Notes under the pieces: generated by a model
What the model was told of the DNA's origin: nothing
Seen by the model: only the letters and a program-made list of their open reading frames with translations
The model's database searches: none
In this document: piece by piece, positions 33,804 through 48,600 of the stretch
Layout of the letters: each line of letters begins with the position of its first letter
Position numbering within the stretch: position 1 is the first letter of the stretch
Translations under genes and position numbers: made by a program
Source of the DNA: Eledone cirrhosa
Taxonomy: Eukaryota
Direction: 5' to 3'
Length of the DNA stretch: 64,000 nt
Assembly: GCA_964016885.1 (NCBI GenBank)
Contig: CAXHJY010001394.1
Location: 62,001 to 126,000, forward strand

Positions 33804-36800
33804 TGTATTTATCTATGTATTTATCTATATGCATGGATATATATATATATATATATATTTATCTATGTATTTATCTATATGCATGGATATATATATATAT
33901 ATATATATATATGTATTTATCTATGCATGTATGAATATATAAAATATATATATATATATATGTGTGTATGTATTTATCTATGCATGTATGAATATATAAA
34001 ATATATATATATATATATATGTATGTATTTATCTATGCATGTATATATATATAAATATATACATAAATATATATATATATATATGTATTTATCTATGCAT
34101 GTGTGCATACATATATATATATATATATGTATTTATCTATACATGTATGTATATATATATATATACATATATAAGTATTTATCTATACATGTATGTATAT
34201 ATATATATACATATATATGTATTTATCTATACATGTATGTATATATATATATATATATATATGTATATAAGTATTTATCTATACATGTATGTATATATAA
34301 AATATTGTCATGTTTACAAAAATATTTTTCTAATATCGTGTTTAATATTTTATATTGTCGTCTGCTTCTCTTCTCACGTGGTTACTAACTCTCTCACCCT
34401 CTCTCTCTTTCCCCTCTCATACAACCCCTTCTTTCTCTTTCTTTCCCCTCTCACACAACCTCTTCTTTCTCTCTCTTTTTGCCAGTCCCTTCTCTCACTC
34501 TCTCTCCCTCTTCCTTTTTTATCTCTTTCTTTCTGTCTCTGTTTCCCTCCTATAGACATTCTCTCTCTCTCTTTCTGCTCTCACTCAGCCTTCTCTCTCT
34601 TTCCCCTCTCACACAGTCTTCTCTCTCTCTCTTTCCCCTCTCACACAGCATTCTCTCTCTCTCTCTCTCTCTTTCCCCTCTCACACAGCATTCTCTCTCT
34701 CTCTCTCTCTTTATTTCCCCTCTCACACAGCCTTCTCTCTCTATCTATCTATCTCTCTCTCTGGAGATTTTTTAACACAAAGTCACACAAGGATTAGAAA
34801 AATGGCGATAATCACTTTGAAAGTAACAATTATGCAATAAATAGTTGTTATTGCCACGTCTCGTATCCTCCTTTGGCAATGTGTAAAATGTTAGCGAGAT
34901 CGAGTGAACAATACACAAGTTATAATACTTTACAGACGGGACTTATACAGTAGATGTAGCAAAATGCGTAGATTACGATTCTTGAGACGAGATTAAAATA
35001 TACGATTATGGGATACTTTAAGAAGACGAGTAGATGTTTGAGTAGATTTAGCTGCTTTTTCTAGCATTTTTAGTTATACTTTGAAGCAAATTTTTTTTGT
35101 TACTATTATATTAAAAGTTATCTGGTTACGTTATTTGACTGGTATTTCTAGCATTTTACAAGGACCACGTGTGTGTTTTATTTGAGGAAGATCTAGTTGT
35201 TATTTCTGATATTTTCTTCATCAAGTTAGTTGCTATTTCCTGCATCCTCTTGAAGACAAGGAATAATAATGAATTAGCTGCTGTTTCTAGTAGGTTCTAT
35301 GGTAGTGGTGAGCGTGGGAGGGAGGTTTGACTGCTATTTTTAGCAGGTTCTAAGGCATTGAGGTTTATGTTTTACGAGAGATTTGGCTGTTATTTCTAAC
35401 ATGTTATAATGGAGAGAGAGAGAGAGAGTATAAGATATACAGAGAGAGGGAGTATAAGATATAGAGAGAGGGGAAACGGCCGATGTTTACGTTGAGAAAA
35501 CCTAATAAAATGTTATAAATGGGTTTATAAAGAATAGAATGAGATAAACAAGACAAAGTTAGATAAAATAAATCAGCTGTAAGGATATTATACGATATAT
35601 TTATAATATTTTAATATATTTTTCCTGGTCGTCTGCTGCCATTGATAGAGAGAGGAGTGGTGGGAGGTAGCCATAACAACCGTGGTAGCAGCACTGAGGT
35701 TTGTTTTTAAAGAAGTGAATACAAGAAAAACAAGCAACTAAGAATATTAATCTCTTAAACCCTTCAAGATGTGTATGACAAGAAAGAAGACGTTTTAGAG
35801 TCGTATGACATAGATGATAACTGGAAATTCTTACGTGACAACTTACTGCAGGCTACTGAAGAAACTTGTGGCTGGAGCAGAGCTCCGACCAGACAGAGAG
35901 TGACCTGGTGGTGGGACAACACGGTAGATAAGGCCATTAGAGACAAAAGACTAGCATGGAACACTTGAAAAAATGGTGGGAGTAGAGACCGATACACAGC
36001 TGCTAAGAGAGAAGCTAGACGTCAGATGTACTTAGCACGCACGGAGGCTGAGAGTAGGAGGTTTGCCAATGTTCTGTGATGGGAAGATCAGAGGCGTGCG
36101 GTGTTCCACATTGCAAGGCATGGTGTCAGTGTAAATCAGGATGTTGTTGGAGATAAGTGTATCCGGAATGATGCCAGTGTACTTGGTGTCACGAATGATC
36201 AAAAAAAGGAGGCCTGGAAATATCATTATGAGAGGCTGATGAATTGTGGAGAATGAATGGGAGAGAGGGAAACTATCCCCAGTAGACCCAACAGAGGGAC
36301 CAGCTATTGAGATTGGGGAATATAGGGTACAAGAGGCAATTAAGGAAATGAAGAATGGCAAGGCTACTGGACTCTAGGGGATAGTTGCTCAGATGCTGAA
36401 GGCATCAGAAGTAGGCACTAAACTGGTTACACACATCATCAATCAAGCTATATATGGTAGTGTCATACCCAAAGAATGGTGCAGCAGTATTCTCATAAAT
36501 TGGTACAAAGGTAAAGGGGATGCTCTGGAGAGGAGCAATTATATGGGCACTTCAATATTTAATGATACAGGTGATAAAACAACAACTATAAGGTAAATAA
36601 GTCACCTTATGTTATTTACAAACATTAACGTCCACCTTAATATGAAATAATCACCATAAAAGAGGAAGCGAGGGCATCGGCTACCGGCACCCGGGCTGCT
36701 CTCTCATCCTGAGTGGGATCTTCCAGCGTTGATGCATCACCACGTTGATGTAAAACTTGGTTTTTCACTTTGGGATAATACACGTATTTGCAACTTATTT

Positions 36801-39800
36801 ATGTTTATTTACGTTGAGCGTAATCGATTTGTTTCCATATCTCCACGCGTTTTATTTCATAGTCATAGTTATAAAATTAGAAAACTTTCTTTAAAAAAAA
36901 CAAATTAACGCGGGTAACTACAAGATAACCTTGTTTTGTAATACTGGCAGACATTGAAGATTCTTTATGGATGGTTGATACTCAGCTGCCAGGAACACAG
37001 GATGTGGCAGAGGGTATAAGATTTGCCTGCTATTTCTAGCAACTTCAATGACCACATAATTGGTTTGTAATTTTGTTTTAAAGTGTAAGGGTTTACACAG
37101 CCATTTATGAATTTCTAAGAGATACGTTTACGATGAGATACACTTATTAAAAATACTTTCATTGCATAGTTCCGTTTGTAAAGGCTTTAATTTACTGTAC
37201 TACTCGGGAACCTTTTAATAACACACAGGATTAAGTCCATGTTTGTTCAACCAATTAATGGTATCTGCTGTAGTAGGGGTAACGATGGAAATATGGCGAT
37301 GATTAACTCCACCCTGGGGTATAATGTAGAATTCATATTTTTCAACTTGCCCATACGTGTATTATCCCAAAGTGAAAAACCAAGTTTTACATCAACGTGG
37401 TGATTTCAAAGTTTATTTATTTACACATGGTGGTGGTGGGGATACGGAAATAAACGAAGGTTGACGAATGACGTCACATTCTTCTACTTTCACTTCTGAC
37501 AGCCAATTCCGTTGTAGTGCCATATATAAACATGATGGTCACGGCTGGAACAACTTTAATTATAGGTCTGCTCAATCATACTAACATGGGATTTAAATTG
37601 AGCAAAGTTGGAGTTGTCTCCCTTGGTACTTTACTACGCTACGTTTGTTTATATATATCATCATCATCATCTTCAACATTATCATTTAACGTTCATTGTT
37701 ATCACACCTGCATGGGTTATACAGGTTGTCACGTTATGAGACATGTCAGGTGTGGAGACCAGGTCTCATATGGATGTGTATTTTGGTTTGGTTTCTAAGG
37801 CTGGATGCCCTTCTTAACACGAAACACGTTACAATGTGGACTGCACACTTTTGTATGACCACCTTACAGGATGAACTGGGTGTTTCTAGTGTTGTAGCAT
37901 CAACGAGGTGTGTGGGATATTTAGCAGGTGAGGGCAGGGCCTTATGAATAGGAAGGGGTGATGAGAAGATTGGTGAAGACTAGTGTGTTCTCTACATGTT
38001 TGTTTTATTTCATTTTCAGCACATGGGAGGGGGGGGGGGTCTTCTACATTACAGCATGACGCCAGAGATCTCGATCCTGTGACATTTCCATTGAGAGGTT
38101 TAATTGGGCAAGGCGAGCTTTTATTATTTCATCCCAAGCTTTCCTAGGTCTTCCCCTTTCATAGTTAACATCGACTTTGACAACCCTGCACCTTGTTATA
38201 CAGCTGTCATCTTCCATATACATCACATGTCCAAACCACCACAATCTCCTCTCCTCTACACTGCATCTGACCTCTCTTATACCTAGTTTCTCTCTCAGTT
38301 TATTAATGCTTGTTGTTCATGCACACTATTACACATCTATCAGATCCTGTAAACTTCATTTCTTTCCAGTCTTTATAGGTCCTCTGAATATATTGCCCTG
38401 GTCTCACTTCAATGTAACATTGCTGTTTGTACACAGACTTCATACAATCTGCCTTTCACTTTCAGGGGAAATCATTTTGTAGGCATCAGTAGTAGTAGCT
38501 CCCTAAACTGTTTCCATCCCATTCTCACTCAGGCTACTGTACCTTCAGAACACCCACCTCCACTGTTAATTTGGTTAATTAAGTTAACAGAAATTATGAA
38601 CCGGTTTCTACAGAGCCTTCTGGACATTTAACCCTTTAGCATTTAAACCAGCCATACCTAGCCAGAATACTCTCACATCTTTCTGTTCAAACCAGCCATA
38701 ACTGGCCACTCATACTGACGTTAAGGTATTGTTCTCAATATAAATAATATCAAAATCTCATAGATTCGATATTATATGAGATAATTATGTAAGATAAAGC
38801 CTTTACTACAAAAATACAATAGTATATATAGAGTAATAAAAATGCTAAAGGGTAAAAGTAGCTTATTATTTTGTGAGCTCTTGCTACTTATTGCTCTTGT
38901 GCATCAAGAACATACACAGCTTACATTTTGTTGCTAATCTCACTGAGATCCAACTACATCTCTTGTTTATCCATAGTTTGGAATTTCTACCTACTCCTTT
39001 CCTTTAGAATGATCAAGGCCATTTTCTTGTGGGGATCTAGGCCCTGTTTTCCTTTCTATTTTGCCAAGTTATCTTACATCACTTTCATTCTAGACCATGC
39101 TTCCAGGTTTGGAATTTCTCCTCTAATTTTACCACAGATTAAGTGACAAGGGTTCAATCATGTGCATACAGGAGTTCCCATGGACAGCCAGTAATATGTA
39201 ATAGCCTGCAGGATGATAATAAACAGAAGAGGGTTAATTACAGAGCCCTGATAGAGGGTTAATAACAGAGCCCTGATAGACTTGTTCACTCAACTCCTCA
39301 CTATAGCCATCATTACTTTTAACCTTACTGACTGCTCCTCCATACATGGCTTTTACTGCTCTCACAAGCCACTCATATACCCCTAGTTTTCTAAGTTATA
39401 CACCAGATTATGGAAGGGGGAAGTCTCACAGAAGCTCTCTCTGGGTCAACAAATGCCAAGTAGAGGGGCTTATTTTAGCTAGGTACTACTCTTGCAGTTG
39501 CCACACAAGGAAGAGGACATCAGTGGTACTTTTACCTGGCACAAATCCAAACTTCATCTCATCTAGGTTAACTTGGTCCCTAATCAGCTGTGTTATAAAT
39601 CTAACACCTTCATGAAGTGGTCCATCTAATATTTCTATAGTTTTCTAGCTCTAGTACATCTCCTTTGCCCTTGTAGCAGTTGATGATGATGATACTACAC
39701 CATTTATTTGGTACGACACCATTTTGTATTACATGCTGTACGATACCAGTGGTTAAGATGTGACCCACCACCCCAGATACTTTCAGTATCTCAGCAACTA

Positions 39801-41991
39801 TCACCAATGGACAAGATACTTTCTCTGTCTTCATATCCTTAATTACCTTACTACACTACTGCTTACTTGTATGGCTGGACCCTCTGTTGGGCCCACTTTC
39901 CGTAGACTATCTTCCTCCCATGCATTCTCCTCATTCAGTAATCTTTCATAAAGGCATTTCCATGTTACAAAGGTTGGCTGAAAAGTTCATAGACTATCAA
40001 TGATAGCATGATGCTAGAGCTGTGAAATCTTGCCTGCATTAATTTCAACTCTTCTTATTAATAACTGCATTGTTTCCTTCCAGGGACTATGTTGAAAAAT
40101 AAACCTCATTTGGTCATTCCATGAGTGTATCTTGGTCTGCCTATGAACTTTTCAGCTGACCCTATTCAGCATCAGTGAGCCCAAATGCCCCATTATCATC
40201 CTGGACACACTTTACCCCAACATCACAATTTGCCCTCACACACTGCCTCACAATCCTGAACATCTCATGTATTTCATCCTCACATCATAAAACCAACTGA
40301 AATTATATATTCTCTGCTTCCCTCCTTGCAAAGAATACTTCTTGCCTAGCTTCCTGTAGTGTACCCTCCAGCTGCCTCCATTCTGCCATTATTCCATGCC
40401 TGTCTCTTGGCCTTAACTGTCTCATCTACCCTAGTGTTTCACCACCAAGATACTCTCCTCTCTGAAGCCCTGCTCCAGCCACAGATCTAGTTTGACACCT
40501 TCAGCAAAGGTTCTTTAAGGAACTCCCACTGTTCCCCTATATTGTATGTTTCTATTTGTTCTTCCTTACTGTTGTAAAGATCAAACAAAATATCTCTAAA
40601 TTTGGAACTGGCTGAGGGGTCCTTTAACTTCCATATCCTTCTCCTCCAAGTTGCCCTCAGTCTTCAAGTTCATCTAAGTCTATGAAATCACTAACTACTG
40701 GGTTATGTTGGGAGGTGCATTCTTCCCCAGGGGGTGGGGATTGTGTGTTTACAAATGTCAATATCTCATCTTCTGGTGAGGATAAAAATCTGACTGGCAT
40801 GCTCCTCTGACCAATAGGTGTTGAAGTGGTTGTCGGGTAAACGTTAAGACCCTCTGATATACATATATATATATATACTAGCAGTGGTACCCGGCGTTGC
40901 ACGGGATAACGTATTTCGGAACGCGGGCCGCCATCTTCCACTTCAGCCGGTCGCCCTAAAGTGTTGGCTATTCAGTCTACTTGAGGCCAGTTGGTGAGGG
41001 GGGGGTACAGCTTTCAGTGTGCTACTACCCTCACGGTCAAATAGAAAGGGAGAGGAAGAAAAGTCAGCGTTAATATCGTGCTACACGTTTGAAAGGTTGG
41101 ATGACCTTAGAGTTCACCAGGGTGGGGGGTTCTAAAAGTATCTATCTTGGTATTTTATCTTAGAAGTAATCATTACAGAGTGTACTGGGTGTATTTTAGT
41201 GGGCAGTAATTCCATAAAGAACACAGTATAATCTGTGGACACAAGCCTTGCAGTGTGATTACAGGCAGGTTAATGGGAAAGATAGATTATATATGTGACA
41301 TGATGTACATGAGAAGTGAGGACACAGACCACACATGAAATAGATTCCTACAACTGTCAGGGAGGCTCCCTAGAATTACAGATGACATATTTCAATATCT
41401 CGGTGATCAAGTTAGCAGTGGAGGAAGAATCTCTAAAAGTGTAATACCCAGGATAAGGACAGGCTGGAAGAAGTTTAGAGTACTGTTCCATCTGTTGACA
41501 ACAAAGGGCTTCTCTCTCAGAATGGAGGCTAGACTGCTTGATACTTATGTGTGGTCTGCAATCTACACCCCAGCCATGCCCCTTCCACTACCACTCCTTA
41601 GCTATTTCTCTCCATTAATACTCCTCACATTTCAAGCAGTTTTCTCATCTCAATGAAAGAAAAATATTGGGCTCAAGAGAAGTCTTCAGTTATGCCATGG
41701 TGTGGCAACCTCCCTAGGGTTGGGCAGAGTGTAAATGAGAGTGAAATTAGGTATGAGAGGGATCATATGCAGTATACAAGAGAGTAGATTACATTGGTAT
41801 GGTCATGTGATGGGTATAAAGGATGACAGCTGTATAAAAATGTGCTGGGCAATCAAAGTTGATGGAAGTTATGAAGGCGGAAGACCCAGGATGACCTGGG
41901 ATGAGGTGATAAAAGATGACTTTGCACAATTGCAACTCTCAAAGACAATGACACAGGATAGAGATCTTGAGATGTATGCAGCAATACAGAA
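33683..41991. repeat. Spacer copy C (8309 bp)
   Basis: Same content as spacer A at about +33914/33915, with a few SNPs. Confidence 0.95.
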
Positions 41992-44900
41992 GGCCCTGTG
42001 CGTCGATCGTGGGCCGGCCGGATGTTGACGGATCGATGTGTAATTAGAAGTACATGTGCGGACACTCATTGGCTGTGCGTGGTATGCATTTCAGCAAGAT
42101 ATCTCCGTAACATCAAGAGTTATGGCTGTGGAGGCACACCTAGTCAAACGTAAACAAGCTCTGGAGCGTATACGCTTCGCGATTTTGTTTACGTTTGACT
42201 AGGTGTGCCTCCACAGCCACAACTCTTGATGTTACGGAGATATCTTGCTGAAATGCATACCACGCACAGCCAATGAGTGTCCGCACATGTACTTCTAATT
42301 ACACATCGATCCGTCAACATCCGGCCGGCCCACGATCGACGCACAGGGCCGGATGGCCCGTTTTCAGTGAATTTTCACCGGAATCGATCTGTAATTACTG
42401 GTACATGTGCGGACACACATTTGCTGTGTGTGGTGTGATTTTCACGAAAAACTGCCCATGCTAAATGAGGAAGCTGAAGTCCGCCGGCGAATGGTGTGCT
42501 TCGAAGAAAACTAATTCGAAAATGACCGTTTGCAGGCGGAGTAACCTTTTCGATCGTGGGCCAGCCGCCCGTGGTGGGATACATCTGTAATTACTGGTAC
42601 ATGTGCGGACACACATTTGCTGTGTCTGGTGTGATTTTCGAGAAAGACTGCCCATGCTAAATGAGGAAGCTGAAGTCCGCCGGCGAATGGTGTGCTTCGA
42701 AGAAAACTAATTCGAAAATGACTATTTGCCGGCGGAATCACCTTTTCGGTCCTGGTCCGGCCGGATCTTGCCGGATCGATCGGAAATTTGTGGACCATGT
42801 TCGGAAGGCCATTGTGCATGTGTGGTGAAAAAAATTTGTGTCGAAATCTTCTCGGAAAATAACGGATCGCCGGCGGAGATTGCCATTTCGATCGTGGGCC
42901 GGCCGGATCTTGTCGGATCGATTCGGACATATGTGCATCGTGTTCGCAAGGCCCTTGTCTATGTGTGGTGTGATTTTCATAAAGAAATTCCGAAAAACCC
43001 AGTTTTAAATCTGATTTCGCCAAAGAATTTTGGCTATCAGATCGGGTTGAAAGGTATGGTTTCAGGTCGATCTGAAAGTCTAAAATGGAATTCACTCGGT
43101 TAGCTAACTTTTGATATATCGGAGATATCTTTCTGAAAATCACACCACACACTCCCAATGAGTGTCTGCACATGTACCAGTAATTACAGATGGATCCCAC
43201 CACGGGCGGCCGGCCCACGATCGAAAAGGTTACTCCGAAGCACACCATTCGCCGGCGGAATTCATTTAGCATGGGCAGTTTTTCTCGAAAATCACACCAC
43301 ACACAGCCAATGAGTGTCCGCACATGTACCAGTAATTACAGATGGATCCCACCACGGGCGGCTGGCCCACGATCGAAAAGGTTACTCCGCCTGCAAACGG
43401 TCATTTTCGAATTAGTTTTCTTCGAAGCACACCATTCGCCGGCGGACTTCAGCTTCCTCATTTAGCATGGGCAGTTTTTCTCGAAAATCACACCACACAC
43501 AGCAAATGTGTGTCCGCACATGTACCAGTAATTACAGATCGATTCCGGTGAAAATTCACTGAAAACGGGCCATTCTGCCCTGTGCGTCGATCGTGGGCCG
43601 GCCGGATGTTGACGGATCGATGTGTAATTAGAAGTACATGTGCGGACACTCATTGGCTGTGCGTGGTATGCATTTCAGCAAGATATCTCCGTAACATCAA
43701 GAGTTATGGCTGTGGAGGCACACCTAGTCAAACGTAAACAAGCTCTGGAGCGTATACGCTTCGCGATTTTGTTTACGTTTGACTAGGTGTGCCTCCACAG
43801 CCATAACTCTTGATGTTACGGAGATATCTTGCTGAAATACATACCACGCACAGCCAATGAGTGTCCGCACATGTACTTCTAATTACACATCGATCCGTCA
43901 ACATCCGGCCGGCCCACGATCGACGCACAGGGCCGGATGGCCCGTTTTCAGTGAATTTTCACCGGAATCGATCTGTAATTACTGGTACATGTGCGGACAC
44001 ACATTTGCTGTGTGTGGTGTGATTTTCACGAAAAACTGCCCATGCTAAATGAGGAAGCTGAAGTCCGCCGGCGAATGGTGTGCTTCGAAGAAAACTAATT
44101 CGAAAATGACCGTTTGCAGGCGGAGTAACCTTTTCGATCGTGGGCCAGCCGCCCGTGGTGGGATACATCTGTAATTACTGGTACATGTGCGGACACACAT
44201 TTGCTGTGTGTGGTGTGATTTTCGAGAAAGACTGCCCATGCTAAATGAGGAAGCTGAAGTCCGCCGGCGAATGGTGTGCTTCGAAGAAAACTAATTCGAA
44301 AATGACTATTTGCCGGCGGAATCACCTTTTCGGTCCTGGTCCGGCCGGATCTTGCCGGATCGATCGGAAATTTGTGGACCATGTTCGGAAGGCCATTGTG
44401 CATGTGTGGTGAAAAAAATTTGTGTCGAAATCTTCTCGGAAAATAACGGATCGCCGGCGGAGATTGCCATTTCGATCGTGGGCCGGCCGGATCTTGTCGG
44501 ATCGATTCGGACATATGTGCATCGTGTTCGCAAGGCCCTTGTCTATGTGTGGTGTGATTTTCATAAAGAAATTCCGAAAAACCCAGTTTTAAATCTGATT
44601 TCGCCAAAGAATTTTGGCTATCAGATCGGGTTGAAAGGTATGGTTTCAGGTCGATCTGAAAGTCTAAAATGGAATTCACTCGGTTAGCTAACTATTGATA
44701 TATCGGAGATATCTTTCTGAAAATCACACCACACACTCCCAATGAGTGTCTGCACATGTCCCAGTAATTACAGATGGATCCCACCACGGGCGGCCGGCCC
44801 ACGATCGAAAAGGTTACTCCGAAGCACACCATTCGCCGGCGGAATTCATTTAGCATGGGCAGTTTTTCTCGAAAATCACACCACACACAGCCAATCAGTG

Positions 44901-45095
44901 TCCGCACATGTACCAGTAATTACAGATGGATCCCACTACGGGCGGCTGGCTCACGATCGAAAAGGTTACTCCGCCTGCAAACGGTCATTTTCGAATTCGT
45001 TTTCTTCGAAGCACACCATTCGCCGGCGGACTTCAGCTGCCTCATTTAGCATGGGCAGCTTTTCTCGAAAATCACACCACACACAGCCAATGAGT
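41992..45095. repeat. Palindromic satellite array 3: 1584 bp + 1520 bp
   Basis: Axes at 42171 and 43755; same junctions. Confidence 0.97.
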
Positions 45096-45170
45096 TTAAA
45101 ATACTCACCGTTTGATTTGGAAAAACTTAAAATGCTCACATATATATGTGTATGTATTTATCTATGCATG

Positions 45171-45216
<46 letters not shown>

Positions 45217-45649
45217 TGTATTTATCTATGTATTTATCTATATGCATGGATATATATATATATATATATATTTATCTATGTATTTATCTATATGCATGGA
45301 TATATATATATATGTGTGTATGTATTTATCTATGCATGTATGAATATATAAAATATATATATATATATATGTGTGTATGTATTTATCTATGCATGTATGA
45401 ATATATAAAATATATATATATATATATATGTATGTATTTATCTATGCATGTATATATATATAAATATATACATAAATATATATATATATATATGTATTTA
45501 TCTATGCATGTGTGCATACATATATATATATATATATATGTATTTATCTATACATGTATGTATATATATATATATACATATATAAGTATTTATCTATACA
45601 TGTATGTATATATATATATACATATATATGTATTTATCTATACATGTAT

Positions 45650-45682
<33 letters not shown>

Positions 45683-48600
45683 AGTATTTATCTATACATG
45701 TATGTATATATAAAATATTGTCATGTTTACAAAAATATTTTTCTAATATCGTGTTTAATATTTTATATTGTCGTCTGCTTCTCTTCTCACGTGGTTACTA
45801 ACTCTCTCACCCTCTCTCTCTTTCCTCTCTCATACAACCCCTTCTTTCTCTTTCTTTCCCCTCTCACACAACCTCTTCTTTCTCTCTCTTTTTGCCAGTC
45901 CCTTCTCTCACTCTCTCTCCCTCTTCCTTTTTTATCTCTTTCTTTCTGTCTCTGTTTCCCTCCTATAGACATTCTCTCTCTCTCTTTCTGCTCTCACTCA
46001 GCCTTCTCTCTCTTTCCCCTCTCACACAGTCTTCTCTCTCTCTCTTTCCCCTCTCACACAGCATTCTCTCTCTCTCTCTCTCTCTTTCCCCTCTCACACA
46101 GCATTCTCTCTCTCTCTCTCTCTTTATTTCCCCTCTCACACAGCCTTCTCTCTCTATCTATCTATCTCTCTCTCTGGAGATTTTTTAACACAAAGTCACA
46201 CAAGGATTAGAAAAATGGCGATAATCACTTTGAAAGTAACAATTATGCAATAAATAGTTGTTATTGCCACGTCTCGTATCCTCCTTTGGCAATGTGTAAA
46301 ATGTTAGCGAGATCGAGTGAACAATACACAAGTTATAATACTTTACAGACGGGACTTATACAGTAGATGTAGCAAAATGCGTAGATTACGATTCTTGAGA
46401 CGAGATTAAAATATACGATTATGGGATACTTTAAGAAGACGAGTAGATGTTTGAGTAGATTTAGCTGCTTTTTCTAGCATTTTTAGTTATACTTTGAAGC
46501 AAATTTTTTTTGTTACTATTATATTAAAAGTTATCTGGTTACGTTATTTGACTGGTATTTCTAGCATTTTACAAGGACCACGTGTGTGTTTTATTTGAGG
46601 AAGATCTAGTTGTTATTTCTGATATTTTCTTCATCAAGTTAGTTGCTATTTCCTGCATCCTCTTGAAGACAAGAAATAATAATGAATTAGCTGCTGTTTC
46701 TAGTAGGTTCTATGGTAGTGATGAGCGTGGGAGGGAGGTTTGACTGCTATTTTTAGCAGGTTCTAAGGCATTGAGGTTTATGTTTTACGAGAGATTTGGC
46801 TGTTATTTCTAACATGTTATAATGGAGAGAGAGAGAGAGAGTATAAGATATACAGAGAGAGGGAGTATAAGATATAGAGAGAGGGGAAACGGCCGATGTT
46901 TACGTTGAGAAAACCTAATAAAATGTTATAAATGGGTTTATAAAGAATAGAATGAGATAAACAAGACAAAGTTAGATAAAATAAATCAGCTGTAAGGATA
47001 TTATACGATATATTTATAATATTTTAATATATTTTTCCTGGTCGTCTGCTGCCATTGATAGAGAGAGGAGTGGTGGGAGGTAGCCATAACAACCGTGGTA
47101 GCAGCACTGAGGTTTGTTTTTAAAGAAGTGAATACAAGAAAAACAAGCAACTAAGAATATTAATCTCTTAAACCCTTCAAGATGTGTATGACAAGAAAGA
47201 AGACGTTTTAGAGTCGTATGACATAGATGATAACTGGAAATTCTTACGTGACAACTTACTGCAGGCTACTGAAGAAACTTGTGGCTGGAGCAGAGCTCCG
47301 ACCAGACAGAGAGTGACCTGGTGGTGGGACAACACGGTAGATAAGGCCATTAGAGACAAAAGACTAGCATGGAACACTTGAAAAAATGGTGGGAGTAGAG
47401 ACCGATACACAGCTGCTAAGAGAGAAGCTAGACGTCAGATGTACTTAGCACGCACGGAGGCTGAGAGTAGGAGGTTTGCCAATGTTCTGTGATGGGAAGA
47501 TCAGAGGCGTGCGGTGTTCCACATTGCAAGGCATGGTGTCAGTGTAAATCAGGATGTTGTTGGAGATAAGTGTATCCGGAATGATGCCAGTGTACTTGGT
47601 GTCACGAATGATCAAAAAAAGGAGGCCTGGAAATATCATTATGAGAGGCTGATGAATTGTGGAGAATGAATGGGAGAGAGGGAAACTATCCCCAGTAGAC
47701 CCAACAGAGGGACCAGCTATTGAGATTGGGGAATATAGGGTACAAGAGGCAATTAAGGAAATGAAGAATGGCAAGGCTACTGGACTCTAGGGGATAGTTG
47801 CTCAGATGCTGAAGGCATCAGAAGTAGGCACTAAACTGGTTACACACATCATCAATCAAGCTATATATGGTAGTGTCATACCCAAAGAATGGTGCAGCAG
47901 TATTCTCATAAATTGGTACAAAGGTAAAGGGGATGCTCTGGAGAGGAGCAATTATATGGGCACTTCAATATTTAATGATACAGGTGATAAAACAACAACT
48001 ATAAGGTAAATAAGTCACCTTATGTTATTTACAAACATTAACGTCCACCTTAATATGAAATAATCACCATAAAAGAGGAAGCGAGGGCATCGGCTACCGG
48101 CACCCGGGCTGCTCTCTCATCCTGAGTGGGATCTTCCAGCGTTGATGCATCACCACGTTGATGTAAAACTTGGTTTTTCACTTTGGGATAATACACGTAT
48201 TTGCAACTTATTTATGTTTATTTACGTTGAGCGTAATCGATTTGTTTCCATATCTCCACGCGTTTTATTTCATAGTCATAGTTATAAAATTAGAAAACTT
48301 TCTTTAAAAAAAACAAATTAACGCGGGTAACTACAAGATAACCTTGTTTTGTAATACTGGCAGACATTGAAGATTCTTTATGGATGGTTGATACTCAGCT
48401 GCCAGGAACACAGGATGTGGCAGAGGGTATAAGATTTGCCTGCTATTTCTAGCAACTTCAATGACCACATAATTGGTTTGTAATTTTGTTTTAAAGTGTA
48501 AGGGTTTACACAGCCATTTATGAATTTCTAAGAGATACGTTTACGATGAGATACACTTATTAAAAATACTTTCATTGCATAGTTCCGTTTGTAAAGGCTT

